Both the position numbers and the translations under genes were made by a program. Shown in pieces: positions 9,230-18,843 of a DNA stretch of 64,000 nt; the stretch's first letter is position 1; each line of letters begins with the position of its first letter. Under the pieces are notes generated by a model, which worked only from the letters and a program-made list of their open reading frames with translations, was not told where the DNA came from and did not search any database. Source of the DNA: Gemmatimonadota bacterium (GTDB taxonomy: Bacteria; Gemmatimonadota; Gemmatimonadetes; Gemmatimonadales; GWC2-71-9); contig JANXXJ010000089.1 of assembly GCA_025350665.1 (NCBI GenBank), positions 1,021-65,020 on the forward strand, given 5' to 3'.

Positions 9230-9685
9230 ATGAACGCTCGATGGCTGGTGTTGGTGGGATTGCTCGCGGCCGGTCCGGCCGCCGCCCAAAGCGACAAGGA
9301 AGCGATCCTCGGGGTGGTTGGTACCGTCTTCAGGGGGATGCGCACGCGCGACACGGCGCTGATGCGATCGACGTTCGTCCCGCAGGGTGGCCGGCTGCTC
9401 GGGATGACGGCGAAGGACGGGAAGCCCGCACTGGAAGTGATCGACCCGGGACTGTGGATCGGGTCGGTGGGACGCGGCACCGGTCCTGGACCCGACGAAC
9501 GCACGTTCGCGCCGAGTGTCGAGGTCGATGACAACATCGCCCATGTCTGGACCTACTACGAGCTCTGGCTCGGGCCGAAACTCAGCCATTGCGGGTACGA
9601 CTCGTTCTTCATGGTGAAGCTGGCGGATGGCTGGCGGATCGCTCAGGTGGCGGACAGCCGCCGGGTCGACTGCAAGCCGCGCTAG
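9230..9685 (+). CDS. secreted NTF2-like (SnoaL/DUF4440-like) protein
   Basis: Within ORF 9188..9685; start taken at MNARWLVLVGLLAAGPAAAQ (signal peptide). Size and pattern (AHVWTYYELW, DGWRIAQV) resemble NTF2-fold proteins. Function unknown. Confidence 0.6.
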   Translation: MNARWLVLVGLLAAGPAAAQSDKEAILGVVGTVFRGMRTRDTALMRSTFVPQGGRLLGMTAKDGKPALEVIDPGLWIGSVGRGTGPGPDERTFAPSVEVDDNIAHVWTYYELWLGPKLSHCGYDSFFMVKLADGWRIAQVADSRRVDCKPR

Positions 9686-10458
9686 CTGGCCGCGGGCGTG
9701 GGTCCGAGCTCGGCGAGTTCGCGGTCGAGAATCATGATCTTCTGCCAGATCTTTCCAGACAGACCGGTGGTCAGATTTTCAACCTCGTTGACGGCAGAGA
9801 TGGTGATCGGGTCGTCGAAATCCTGGACGTAAAGGGCCGCGGACTTGCTGAGCAGGGACAGCATTTCGCTGCAGTAGTCGAGGTAGCGGGATAGCGCGAA
9901 CGGGGTAAGGCGCCGGGAGGGGGACGACGGCGTGTTGCCGCCGGCCTCGGGATTGGCCACCCGCTCGGGATCCTTGGTCAACTGGTGCATGTCGATGATG
10001 TGGGCCATCGACCGGAGTCCGTGGATCGCCCGAAGGGCTCGCTTTCGCTTGCGCCGGACCTCGAGCGTGGCCAGGAAAAAGATCGCGGCGCCGAGGAAGA
10101 CCACTTCGTTCACGCCGGCATCGATGGCCTGCACCACATCTGTGACACTGACGCCGGTGGGGAGTCGGAACACCACCAGCGTAGTCGCGCCGAACACGAT
10201 GAGGAGGAGTCCGATGCAGCATCCGACCGCCAGCCTCAGGAGCCAATGAGGCCGGCCGACCCAGATGAGGTCGGCTCCGGCCCGTACGCAGACGTCGATC
10301 AGATCGTCGGCCACTCCGCGGAGCCCCGAATCCGGGAACCGTTCCGTCACCCGCTGGGCCAGCCGGCGGGCGGTGTCGGTGATGCGGGCGGGGTCGAGGC
10401 GGCGGAACACGGAGGGAATCTGGACGACTCCGGCGCGACCCGCAACGCGACGGCTCAT
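9682..10458 (-). CDS. hypothetical membrane protein
   Basis: Within ORF 9682..10482; ATG at 10456-10458 (MSRRVAG). Two predicted TM helices (LLRLAVGCCIGLLLIVFGATTLVVF and VVFLGAAIFFLATL). GC3-rich codons. No family recognised. Confidence 0.6.
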   Translation of the reverse strand: MSRRVAGRAGVVQIPSVFRRLDPARITDTARRLAQRVTERFPDSGLRGVADDLIDVCVRAGADLIWVGRPHWLLRLAVGCCIGLLLIVFGATTLVVFRLPTGVSVTDVVQAIDAGVNEVVFLGAAIFFLATLEVRRKRKRALRAIHGLRSMAHIIDMHQLTKDPERVANPEAGGNTPSSPSRRLTPFALSRYLDYCSEMLSLLSKSAALYVQDFDDPITISAVNEVENLTTGLSGKIWQKIMILDRELAELGPTPAAS

Positions 10459-10481
10459 CACTTCCCGGCATCGAAGGATCA

Positions 10482-11774
10482 ATGACGCCGGTCCTGGTTG
10501 TGCTCGCCCTCATCGTCCAGGCTCCCCCATCTCCCCCGCCCTTCGACTCGGCTGGGGCGCACCAGGTGTTCGACCTGGTCAAGCGGATTGCCGCTGCGGA
10601 TCGAGGCCGGCTTTGGGGTCGATCGCTGGACGGGCCGGTGCTTCTGGTCGACCCGGCCACGAAACGGGTGTTCGCCAACCAGCCCGGGTTTCGCGCGCGC
10701 TGGTCGCCGATGGGTGAGGTGTTCAGTGGGAGATTGCCCGATGAGCAGGGTTCGGCCAACACCGCCGTGACCCTGGACGGCGAGCGGTGGACGATGGTGA
10801 TGTGGCCGCTGCCCGACGACCTGTTGTCCCGCCGCCAGCTGCTCGGCCACGAACTGTGGCACCGGATCCAGGATTCAATTGGCCTGCCGGTCCGGGACCC
10901 GCCGAACCCACAGGTCGATGACGAACCGGGCCGGATTCTTCTCCGTCTCGAGAGCCGGGCGTTGGTGAAGGCCCTGGCATCAAAGGGGGCAGATCGGTCG
11001 ACGGCTCTGGTGATCGCGCTCTCGTTCCGCGATGAGCGGCACCACCGCTATCCCGGATCCGACTCGACGGAGGCGCTGATCGAGCGGCATGAAGGCCTGG
11101 CCGAGTACACGGGGATCAGGATGGCCGGCGGTTCGGTCGCCGACCAGCGGAAGATTGTGACCAAGGCGCTCACCGATCTCGAGTCCGCCGAACACCTGAC
11201 GCGGTCCTTCGCCTACGCGACCGGTCCGGCCTACGGCTTCCTGCTCGACGAGGTTCGCCCGGGATGGCGGCTCGAACTCCGTCAAGGGCTTGGTCCGGCC
11301 GCACTCGCCCGTCGGGCCGTTGGCGTGACCCTGTTCGACATCCGTCGGCTCGCGCTCGAAGAAGGGCGGCTGGGCGGGCCGATGATTCGAGTCGAGGAGG
11401 CCCGGCGGTCCGAGCTGCGAGCCGTTCGACGGCGCGGGTTGGTCGGGCGTTTCGCCACCGGCCGGCTGCTGGTGCTGCCGCTGGCCTCGTCCAGCATCAG
11501 CTTCGACCCCAACCAGGTCGAGGGCCTCGACAGTCTCGGCACCCACTACGGGAGGATGGAGCTTTCCGGCGAGTGGGGTGTTCTGGATGCCCCGGGCGGT
11601 GGCCGGATCGGAGCTGGCTGGCGGGAGGCCTTTGTGCCGGTTCCGCCGGACTTCGGAGCCGGACGGCGGAGCGGGCCGGGTTGGACCCTCGACCTTCGGG
11701 CCGGCTGGCGGATCGTGGCCGACTCGGTGGCCGGTCGCTGGCGGGTCGAGAAGGAGGCCAAACCGGTTCCGTAG
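10482..11774 (+). CDS. hypothetical secreted protein with MA-clan zinc-peptidase-like motifs
   Basis: 430-aa ORF. Hydrophobic N-terminus MTPVLVVLALIV. HExxH (HELWH) followed about 70 aa later by EGLAEYTG, as in Peptidase_MA_2-type proteins. Assignment is by motif only. Confidence 0.6.
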   Translation: MTPVLVVLALIVQAPPSPPPFDSAGAHQVFDLVKRIAAADRGRLWGRSLDGPVLLVDPATKRVFANQPGFRARWSPMGEVFSGRLPDEQGSANTAVTLDGERWTMVMWPLPDDLLSRRQLLGHELWHRIQDSIGLPVRDPPNPQVDDEPGRILLRLESRALVKALASKGADRSTALVIALSFRDERHHRYPGSDSTEALIERHEGLAEYTGIRMAGGSVADQRKIVTKALTDLESAEHLTRSFAYATGPAYGFLLDEVRPGWRLELRQGLGPAALARRAVGVTLFDIRRLALEEGRLGGPMIRVEEARRSELRAVRRRGLVGRFATGRLLVLPLASSSISFDPNQVEGLDSLGTHYGRMELSGEWGVLDAPGGGRIGAGWREAFVPVPPDFGAGRRSGPGWTLDLRAGWRIVADSVAGRWRVEKEAKPVP

Positions 11775-11871
11775 TTCCTCCCGGCGTGCTTCCCGATAAA
11801 TTCCGTGTCGCGTCAATACTCCGCCGGCCTGGCTCCAGCGCCGGTGGTTGAAATTCCCTCGAGGACGGATC

Positions 11872-12939
11872 ATGAACGACAAGTCGGTCGAGTTTCTCAA
11901 GTCGTTGTTGAACGCCCCCGGCCCATCCGGATTCGAGAGCGGGCCGGCCCGAATCTGGCGTGACGAGGCCAAGCGGTTTGCCGAGACGGTTAGCGCCGAC
12001 GTGATGGGCAACTCGTTCGCGACATTGCGAGGTGAGCCCGGCCAGCCGACGGTAATGTTCGCCGGCCATGTCGACGAAATCGGCCTGATGGTGGTGCACG
12101 TCGATGACCAGGGCTTCTGCTGGTTCGACACCATCGGTGGCTGGGACGACCAGGTTTTCGTCGGGCAGCGGGTGGTGCTCCTCGGGCGGGACGGACCGGT
12201 CCGCGGCGTGATCGGCAAGAAGGCGATTCATCTGATGGAGAAAGAGGATCGCGAGAAGCCCAGCAAGGTGAAGGACCTCTGGGTCGACATCGGCGCGGTG
12301 TCGAAAGCGGAAGCGGAGACCCTCGTCCGGGTTGGTGACCCCGGCGTGATCGACAGCCAGTTCCTGGCGATGCCGAACGGCCGGATCGTGAGCCGGAGCC
12401 TGGACAACCGAATCGGCGCCTACGTTGTTCTCGAGGCGCTCCGGCACCTGGCGCGGGACCGAGCCCGGGCGACCGTGACGGCCGTGGCCACGACCCAGGA
12501 GGAGATCGGCTATACCGGCGGCGGTGCCAAGACCTCGGCGGCCGGCATCGAGCCGACCGTGGCAATCGTGGTGGACGTGACGCACGCCACCGACACGCCC
12601 GGTGTCGAGAAGAACCGTCATGGCGAGGTCAAGCTGGGCGGGGGGCCGGTGTTGTCTCGGGGCTCGGTGGTGAACCCAAGGGTGGTCGACCTCCTGGCCG
12701 ACACCGCCGGGGCCGAGGGGATTCCATTCACCTGGCACGCCGCCCCGAAGTTCACCGCGACCGATGCCGACGCGATCTTCACGTCGCTCAAGGGCGTGCC
12801 GACGGGACTCGTCTCGGTTCCGAACCGGTACATGCACAGTCCCAACGAGATGGTGGTGCTCGATGACCTCGACCGGGCCGCGTCGCTGCTGGCCGCCTTC
12901 GCCCGGCGCGTGACCAGCGAGACGAGCTTCATCCCATGA
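11872..12939 (+). CDS. M42 family aminopeptidase (FrvX/YpdE-like)
   Basis: Within ORF 11848..12939; start taken at MNDKSVEFLKSLLNAPGPSGFE. M42 motifs FAGHVDEIG, SRSLDNRIG and TTQEEIG. Confidence 0.9.
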   Translation: MNDKSVEFLKSLLNAPGPSGFESGPARIWRDEAKRFAETVSADVMGNSFATLRGEPGQPTVMFAGHVDEIGLMVVHVDDQGFCWFDTIGGWDDQVFVGQRVVLLGRDGPVRGVIGKKAIHLMEKEDREKPSKVKDLWVDIGAVSKAEAETLVRVGDPGVIDSQFLAMPNGRIVSRSLDNRIGAYVVLEALRHLARDRARATVTAVATTQEEIGYTGGGAKTSAAGIEPTVAIVVDVTHATDTPGVEKNRHGEVKLGGGPVLSRGSVVNPRVVDLLADTAGAEGIPFTWHAAPKFTATDADAIFTSLKGVPTGLVSVPNRYMHSPNEMVVLDDLDRAASLLAAFARRVTSETSFIP

Positions 12940-14219
12940 CCCGACGCCATTTCCTGGTCGCGACGCTGATGCTCGGCGTTGGCTCCATCGCTGCCGCCCA
13001 GGCCGCGCGTTCTTCCGCCGAGTCGGCGGCGGCGACCGATATCCGGTTCCTGGCAGCGGACTCCCTTGGCGGGCGCTTTACCGGAACGGATGCCGCGCTC
13101 AAAGCAGCGCGCTATCTGACTCACCGCTTCCGGGAGGTCGGGGCGAAGCCCGGCGTGCCCGGATGGCTGCAGACCTTCGCGATCGCGTCCGACCTGCCGG
13201 GTCTCAAGCAGATCGATCCGCCGGCCCGTCCGTCGCAGGGTGTCAACGTCGTCGCGGTGGTGCCGGGTCGGGATCGCAACCTCAAACGAGAGTATGTGGT
13301 CGTCGGCGCCCATTACGATCATCTGGGCCATGGAGAGGCGAAATCGAGTCTGTTGGGCGAACCCGGGCAGATCTACCACGGCGCCGACGACAACGCGTCC
13401 GGGACCGTGGCGCTGGTCGCCATTGCCCGTGCACTGGCTCGTCATCCAGCTCGGCGCTCCGTCCTTCTCGTCGCGTTCTCGGGGGAAGAGCTCGGGCTGC
13501 TGGGCTCCGCCGCCTATGTGCGGGAACCGGCTGCCCCGCTCGCCCAGACGGTCGCGATGGTGAACCTCGACATGGTGGGACGGCTGCGGAACGACCGGCT
13601 CCTGGTGTTCGGATCGGAAACGGCGACCGAGTTCCCGGCGCTGCTGGATTCCCTGAATCTGGCCTCGAAGTTCGATCTCAAGTATTCCGGCGACGGGTTT
13701 GGCCGGAGCGACCAGGAGTCCTTTTATGTCGCGAAGAAGCCGGTGCTTCACGTTTTCACCGATCTGCACGAGGACTATCACCGACCGACCGACGACTGGG
13801 AAAAGATCAATGTCCCGGGTCTGGTCAAAGTCGCCGACTTCACGGCGACCGTGGTCCGGAGCATTGCCGATCGAACCACGCCGCTGACGTTCGTCTTCAA
13901 GGCCCCGGCTCCGGTGACCGGCATGCCTGGCCAACCGACCTCCGGCTACGGCGCCTATCTCGGTTCGATTCCCGACATGAGCTCCGGTGGCTCAGGGGTC
14001 CGGCTGTCGGGGGTCCGGCCCGAGAGTCCGGCCGCCAAGGCCGGCCTCAAAGAAGGCGATACCCTGTTGGGGGTCGGCGCGTTCGAGGTGACCGACCTTC
14101 AGGCCATGACGGACGCACTTCGTCATCATCAGCCAGGTGATACCGTCATGGTCAGGTTCCGCCGGGCGGGCGCGATGGATTCCGCCGCCGTCGTGCTGGG
14201 TCGAAGAGGAGGATCGTGA
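12936..14219 (+). CDS. M28 family metallopeptidase with C-terminal PDZ domain
   Basis: 427-aa ORF; its ATGA overlaps the M42 gene stop. Signal MTRRHFLVATLMLGVGSIAAAQA. M28 motifs VVVGAHYDHLG, GADDNASG and SGEELGLLGS. PDZ segment GVRPESPAAKAGLKEGDTLLGVG. Confidence 0.9.
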   Translation: MTRRHFLVATLMLGVGSIAAAQAARSSAESAAATDIRFLAADSLGGRFTGTDAALKAARYLTHRFREVGAKPGVPGWLQTFAIASDLPGLKQIDPPARPSQGVNVVAVVPGRDRNLKREYVVVGAHYDHLGHGEAKSSLLGEPGQIYHGADDNASGTVALVAIARALARHPARRSVLLVAFSGEELGLLGSAAYVREPAAPLAQTVAMVNLDMVGRLRNDRLLVFGSETATEFPALLDSLNLASKFDLKYSGDGFGRSDQESFYVAKKPVLHVFTDLHEDYHRPTDDWEKINVPGLVKVADFTATVVRSIADRTTPLTFVFKAPAPVTGMPGQPTSGYGAYLGSIPDMSSGGSGVRLSGVRPESPAAKAGLKEGDTLLGVGAFEVTDLQAMTDALRHHQPGDTVMVRFRRAGAMDSAAVVLGRRGGS

Positions 14220-14674
14220 TGCCTGTTCTCGATGGTGACAGGATCGTGGCGGCTTTGCGGGGGGCGTTTACGCGCGACGTTGACCGTCAGGGACTGCTTC
14301 AGCTGGCCGCCGACCGGATCCGCGCGGTTGGCCCGCCCTACACCTCGGCCTACCTCTACATGTTGCACGGCCAGGAGCTGGTGCTCGAGGCGTTCAGCGG
14401 CCGGCAAACCGACCATACCAGGATTCCGGTGGGAAAAGGGGTCTGTGGTGCCGCGGTGGCCACCGGGCAGGATCAGAACATCGGCGACGTCCGGGCCATC
14501 GGGAACTACCTCGCGTGCAACCTCGACACCCGGTCCGAACTGGTGGTGCTGATCCAGCGCGGAACCACGATCCTGGGCCAGATCGACATCGACAGTGACG
14601 TGGCGGGACCTTTCTCCCAGGCTGAGCACGCGGAAACCCGCAAGGTGGCCGACGCGCTCGCCGTTCTCCTGTAG
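14216..14674 (+). CDS. GAF domain protein (free methionine-R-sulfoxide reductase/YebR-like)
   Basis: 152-aa ORF overlapping the previous stop by 4 nt. Segments GKGVCGAAVATGQ, ACNLDTRSELVV and GQIDIDSD resemble the single-GAF MsrC/YebR family. Confidence 0.75.
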   Translation: MMPVLDGDRIVAALRGAFTRDVDRQGLLQLAADRIRAVGPPYTSAYLYMLHGQELVLEAFSGRQTDHTRIPVGKGVCGAAVATGQDQNIGDVRAIGNYLACNLDTRSELVVLIQRGTTILGQIDIDSDVAGPFSQAEHAETRKVADALAVLL

Positions 14675-14761
14675 TCGCCCGCCATTCCGCCGATTCCCCG
14701 GCTTCGCGCCTGGTCCCCCGCCCGCTGGTCGGTACCCCTTCCCGAGGGGCACCGTTTCCCG

Positions 14762-15601
14762 ATGGGCAAGTATCAGCTGGTTCGTGCGGCGGTAATCAAC
14801 GCCGGCGTCCTTCCCGCCGCCGCGATTCACGAGCCGGAACGGGCGACCCGCGATGCGTTGAACCTGGTTCACGGCGCCCGATACATCGAGGCCGTCCTCG
14901 ACGGGACGCTGTCGCCGGGCGAACTGCGGCGGCTGGGATTTCCCTGGAGTCCCCTGCTGGCGGAGCGCTCGCTCCGAACCGTGCAGGGGACAATCGAAGC
15001 GTGCCGCGACGCGCTGGAACACGGCGCCGGTATCAATCTGGCCGGCGGTACCCACCATGCCTTCGCCGATCACGGTGAGGGCTACTGCGTCTTCAACGAC
15101 GTTGCCGTGGCGATACGAACTCTGGGCCGTGACGGGAAGATCACCCGGGCGCTGGTCATCGATCTCGACGTCCACCAGGGCAACGGCACGGCCAGCATCT
15201 TCGAACACGACGACGACGTCTTCACGTTTTCGATGCACGGTGCCCGCAACTATCCGTTTCACAAGGAGCGCAGCCGGCTCGATGTCGAATTGCCCGACGG
15301 AACCCGGGATCGCGAATACCTGGATCTCCTGGAGTGCCATCTCGGTACCGTGTTCGACCGTGCCGGAGCGGATCTGGTCGTGTACATTGCCGGAGCGGAC
15401 CCCTACCATGGTGACCGGCTGGGCCGACTCGAGCTCACGTTCGACGGACTCCGGGTCCGGGACGCACGCGTGTTCGACCAATGCCGGGCCCGTGACATCC
15501 CGGTGACGATGGTGCTGGGCGGGGGCTACGCTCCTGACCTCGACGACATCGCGACTATCCACGGCAACACAGTTCGGGAACTGCTGGCACGCTATGGTTG
15601 A
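14762..15601 (+). CDS. histone deacetylase-family (class II-like) deacetylase/amidohydrolase
   Basis: 279-aa ORF. Motifs GGTHHAFADHGEGYCVFND, IDLDVHQGNGT and GADPYHGD. Confidence 0.9.
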   Translation: MGKYQLVRAAVINAGVLPAAAIHEPERATRDALNLVHGARYIEAVLDGTLSPGELRRLGFPWSPLLAERSLRTVQGTIEACRDALEHGAGINLAGGTHHAFADHGEGYCVFNDVAVAIRTLGRDGKITRALVIDLDVHQGNGTASIFEHDDDVFTFSMHGARNYPFHKERSRLDVELPDGTRDREYLDLLECHLGTVFDRAGADLVVYIAGADPYHGDRLGRLELTFDGLRVRDARVFDQCRARDIPVTMVLGGGYAPDLDDIATIHGNTVRELLARYG

Positions 15602-16451
15602 GGCGACACTGACGCGGCAGGTGCGCGGCGTCGAACTGTTCGAACGGCGGGCCGGGCAGGGTCCGCCGACGGTCGTGCTGCACGGCGGTCCGGGAGCCCA
15701 CCACGACTATCTGCTCCCGGGCTTTGACACCCTGGCTCGAGGGCGGACGCTCGTCTATTACGACCAGCGCGGCGGTGGCCGTTCCGCCGTTGCGCGTGAC
15801 GTCCCCTGCGGCTGGCAGGAGCAGGTGGCGGATCTCGAGGACTTGCGGGTGCTCTGGGGCCAGGAGACCCTGGTGCTGGCCGGCTATTCGTGGGGCGGCC
15901 TTCTCGCTGTCCTGTATGCGCTCGAGCATCCCAGGCGGGTCGCTCGATTGGCGCTGGTGTCACCGGCGCCGGTCTGGCGAGGGGCCAGAGACGAATACGA
16001 ACGCCGGCTGGCTGAGCGCAATGCCGCGTCCGCAATCGTGGAGGCGCGGCGGCGGCTTCAGGACGGCGGTCTTCGGGAGGTTGACGCCCCGTTCTACCGC
16101 CAACGGATGTTCGAGCTGTCGGTCGCGGGATATTTCCACGATCCGGCGCTGGCAACGAAGCTCACTCCCTTTCGGATTACCGGACGTACCCAGCAGGCGG
16201 TCTGGGACAGCCTGGGGGATTTCGACCTGCGGAGCCGGCTGGCCGGTCTCGACGTGCCCGCGGTCATCGTGCACGGCGAGGACGATCCGATTCCGATCGA
16301 GACCGCCGCCGTCACGGCCGGATTGCTCGCTGCCCCGCTGATCCGGATCCCGGATTGCGGCCACGTGCCATACGTCGAAGCCCCCGCCGCATTCCATGCC
16401 GCGCTCGACCCTTTTCTTCCCCGCACGGATCAGCCGTGGACTCGCGACTGA
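15594..16451 (+). CDS. alpha/beta hydrolase (proline iminopeptidase-like)
   Basis: 285-aa ORF overlapping the HDAC stop by 8 nt. HGGPG oxyanion motif, nucleophile elbow GYSWGG, and C-terminal CGHVP histidine region. Confidence 0.85.
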   Translation: MVEATLTRQVRGVELFERRAGQGPPTVVLHGGPGAHHDYLLPGFDTLARGRTLVYYDQRGGGRSAVARDVPCGWQEQVADLEDLRVLWGQETLVLAGYSWGGLLAVLYALEHPRRVARLALVSPAPVWRGARDEYERRLAERNAASAIVEARRRLQDGGLREVDAPFYRQRMFELSVAGYFHDPALATKLTPFRITGRTQQAVWDSLGDFDLRSRLAGLDVPAVIVHGEDDPIPIETAAVTAGLLAAPLIRIPDCGHVPYVEAPAAFHAALDPFLPRTDQPWTRD

Positions 16452-17119
16452 CCCCCTACGACCTCGCGTTCGGCCCGATTGCGGTGGAGCGGTTTCCCAA
16501 GCTTCGGGCCGGTATGGCGACGGCCGGGCGCAACCCGCGACATCGGGACGAGTTCGTGCTGGTGAAGGAAGTGGTCGAGCTGTTGCGGGAGCTCCGGCCT
16601 GAAGAGTCCGAGGGCGACGGTGTCGCGGAGCTCGTGGCCCTTTGTCATGCCGCGTACCTCCACTGGCTTGATGAAGAGGCCGTCGTGGCGGTCGACCGGG
16701 ACGGCCTGGCGGCGATGGTGCGCGGGCTGCCACCGGCGTCCCGTTTATTCGAGCGATCATTCTATCTGGAACTGCCGGTTGGGCGGGTGTGGGGCGCCGC
16801 GGGGCCGGAGGGCGCTCTCGAGCCGCTCGATGGCTGTTTTGTGGTGCCACGAGCGGGTGAACTAGGCGTTGTCGCGGTGTTCGGGGTTCAACCCGGCCGG
16901 CCCGGGTTCACGGTGGTGGCAGCGTCCGGTCCGCGGCGCCTCACCCTTGCCCGGCTCGACGCCACCGCACTCTTCTCGGCCCGATTCGAGGGCGGACCGG
17001 CGGCCGGCTTGACTGAATTGGCGGGCGAAGAGGAATTGCTCGAGCTGGTCTACCGGGCGTTGGACCTCCTGCCCACGTCCGGGGTCATCCCGGGGCGTCA
17101 GACGGTGAGCTACGCATGA
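16436..17119 (+). CDS. hypothetical protein, translationally coupled to polX
   Basis: Within ORF 16355..17119. The in-frame GTG at 16436 gives a 16-nt overlap with the hydrolase, and the stop overlaps the polX ATG (ATGA at 17116-17119). GC3-rich codons. No family recognised, and the start is uncertain. Confidence 0.5.
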   Translation: MDSRLTPYDLAFGPIAVERFPKLRAGMATAGRNPRHRDEFVLVKEVVELLRELRPEESEGDGVAELVALCHAAYLHWLDEEAVVAVDRDGLAAMVRGLPPASRLFERSFYLELPVGRVWGAAGPEGALEPLDGCFVVPRAGELGVVAVFGVQPGRPGFTVVAASGPRRLTLARLDATALFSARFEGGPAAGLTELAGEEELLELVYRALDLLPTSGVIPGRQTVSYA

Positions 17120-18843
17120 GTGTCGATCGTGCCACCGTCGCCCGGGTGCTCGATCAGATCGCGTCGCATCTGGAACTCAAGGGCGACAATCCGTTCAAGG
17201 TACGGGCCTTTCGCATGGGTGCGCGTACCGTCGTCGGCCTGGCTGGCGAACCTGGTCAGTGGCTCGAAGAGGGAACGCTCGACCAGATCTCGGGAATTGG
17301 AGCCGGGATCCAGGCTGTGGTCCGGGATCTCGTCCTGGCCGGTCGCTCCACGGCGCTCGACGAACTGCGGGAGCAAGTGCCGCCCGGTCTGGTCGAGATG
17401 CTCCGGATTTCCGGACTGGGCGTCGCGAAGGTCCGGCAGATTCACGAACGCCTTCAAATCGAGTCGATTCCGGACCTCGAGGCTGCGGCCCGCGACGGCC
17501 GCCTGGCTGCCCTTCCGGGCTTCGGCCCGAAGACCGCGGACAACGTGCTCAAGAGCGTGGCGCGGCTTCGGCAGGCGACCTCCTTTCGGCTCATGCATCA
17601 CGCCGCCGACGAGGCCCACCAGTTGGCAGCAGGCTTCGAACGCCTGGTTGGCGTCACCCGGGCGATCCCTGCCGGCGACGTCCGTCGCGGCCTCGAACTG
17701 GTCGGCGATCTGGTCATGGTCCTGGTGGCCGAAAGGCCGGCTGAGGACGTGTTGCGCGACATCGCCAAGCTGCCCGGAGTGGACGAATTCGGCGGCCACG
17801 ATGAGCGGCGTGCCACGGTGCGGTTCGCCGGAGGGGAAAGCGTCCAGGTGATCGTGACTCCCCCACCTAATCTCGGAGTCGTGCTGCTGCAGGCGACGGG
17901 GAGCGCGGCTCACCTGCAGGACCTCGCCGAGACGGCCGCCGCGGCCGGATACACCTTGTCGGGGGCCGCCCTGTGGAAAGGCAGCGAGTTCGTCCCGACG
18001 CCGGACGAAACCACGGTGTATCGGATCCTGGGGCTCGAGCCCGTGCCGCCGGAACTTCGTGAAGGCCGGGGCGAGATCGACGCGGCTCGAACTCGATTGC
18101 CGGCCCTGATCGTCCGGGATGATCTCCAGGGATTGATCCATTGCCACACCAGCTATTCCGACGGGAGTTCCTCGGTCCGGGATCTGGCCAGAATCTGTGG
18201 TGAGGCCGGGTATCGCTATGTCGGGGTCACCGATCATAGCGGGACGGCGGCCTATGTCGGCGGACTCACGGAAGACGATATTCGGGCTCAATGGCGCGAT
18301 ATCGACGACACCAATGCCGCCGGCGCAGGGGCCCGGGTGCTCAAGGGCATCGAGGCCGACATCCTGGCCGACGGGTGGCTCGGCTTTTCGGATCCGTTGC
18401 TCGATGGCTTCGACTTCGTGATCGCCTCGGTCCACAACCGGTTCGAGATGAACCGGGACCAGATGACCGAACGGATCCTGCGCGTCATGGACCATCCGGC
18501 GGTGACCATCCTAGGCCACCTCACCGGACGGCTGTTGCTGTCCCGGGATCCCTACCAGCTCGATACCGACCGGGTCTTCGCCAAGGCGGCGCAGACGGGT
18601 GTGGCGATCGAGATCAACGCCGACCCGCAGCGCCTCGATCTCGACTGGCGCCTGGTCCGCGTGGCGAAGGAGGCCGGGGTTACGATTTCGATCGGCGCCG
18701 ACGCTCACTCGGCCGCCGGGCTAGACAACGTGAACTACGGCGTGACCATGGCCCGCAAAGGCTGGCTCACGGCGGCGGATGTTCTCAACGCGAGGCCGGT
18801 CGAAGATTTTCTCGCCTTTGCCAGGCGTCGGAGGCAGGCATGA
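17116..18843 (+). CDS. polX: family X DNA polymerase with C-terminal PHP phosphoesterase domain
   Basis: 575-aa ORF. N-terminal Pol-beta-like HhH region (NPFKVRAFR, ISGIGAGI, ISGLGVAKV, LPGFGPKTA). PHP domain motifs IHCHTSYSDGS and VASVHN. Confidence 0.9.
   Translation: MSVDRATVARVLDQIASHLELKGDNPFKVRAFRMGARTVVGLAGEPGQWLEEGTLDQISGIGAGIQAVVRDLVLAGRSTALDELREQVPPGLVEMLRISGLGVAKVRQIHERLQIESIPDLEAAARDGRLAALPGFGPKTADNVLKSVARLRQATSFRLMHHAADEAHQLAAGFERLVGVTRAIPAGDVRRGLELVGDLVMVLVAERPAEDVLRDIAKLPGVDEFGGHDERRATVRFAGGESVQVIVTPPPNLGVVLLQATGSAAHLQDLAETAAAAGYTLSGAALWKGSEFVPTPDETTVYRILGLEPVPPELREGRGEIDAARTRLPALIVRDDLQGLIHCHTSYSDGSSSVRDLARICGEAGYRYVGVTDHSGTAAYVGGLTEDDIRAQWRDIDDTNAAGAGARVLKGIEADILADGWLGFSDPLLDGFDFVIASVHNRFEMNRDQMTERILRVMDHPAVTILGHLTGRLLLSRDPYQLDTDRVFAKAAQTGVAIEINADPQRLDLDWRLVRVAKEAGVTISIGADAHSAAGLDNVNYGVTMARKGWLTAADVLNARPVEDFLAFARRRRQA

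Noticed and set aside
9779-10762. 327-aa minus-strand ORF spanning the divergent 10458/10482 junction
   Set aside because: The product is Arg/Pro/Gly-rich. It overlaps two better-supported genes in other frames.
18291-18839. N-terminal 183-codon extension of the nth ORF (track ORF 18291..19517)
   Set aside because: It overlaps the polX coding frame and is Arg/Gly/Pro-rich. The conserved Nth sequence starts at the ATG at 18840, which overlaps the polX stop.
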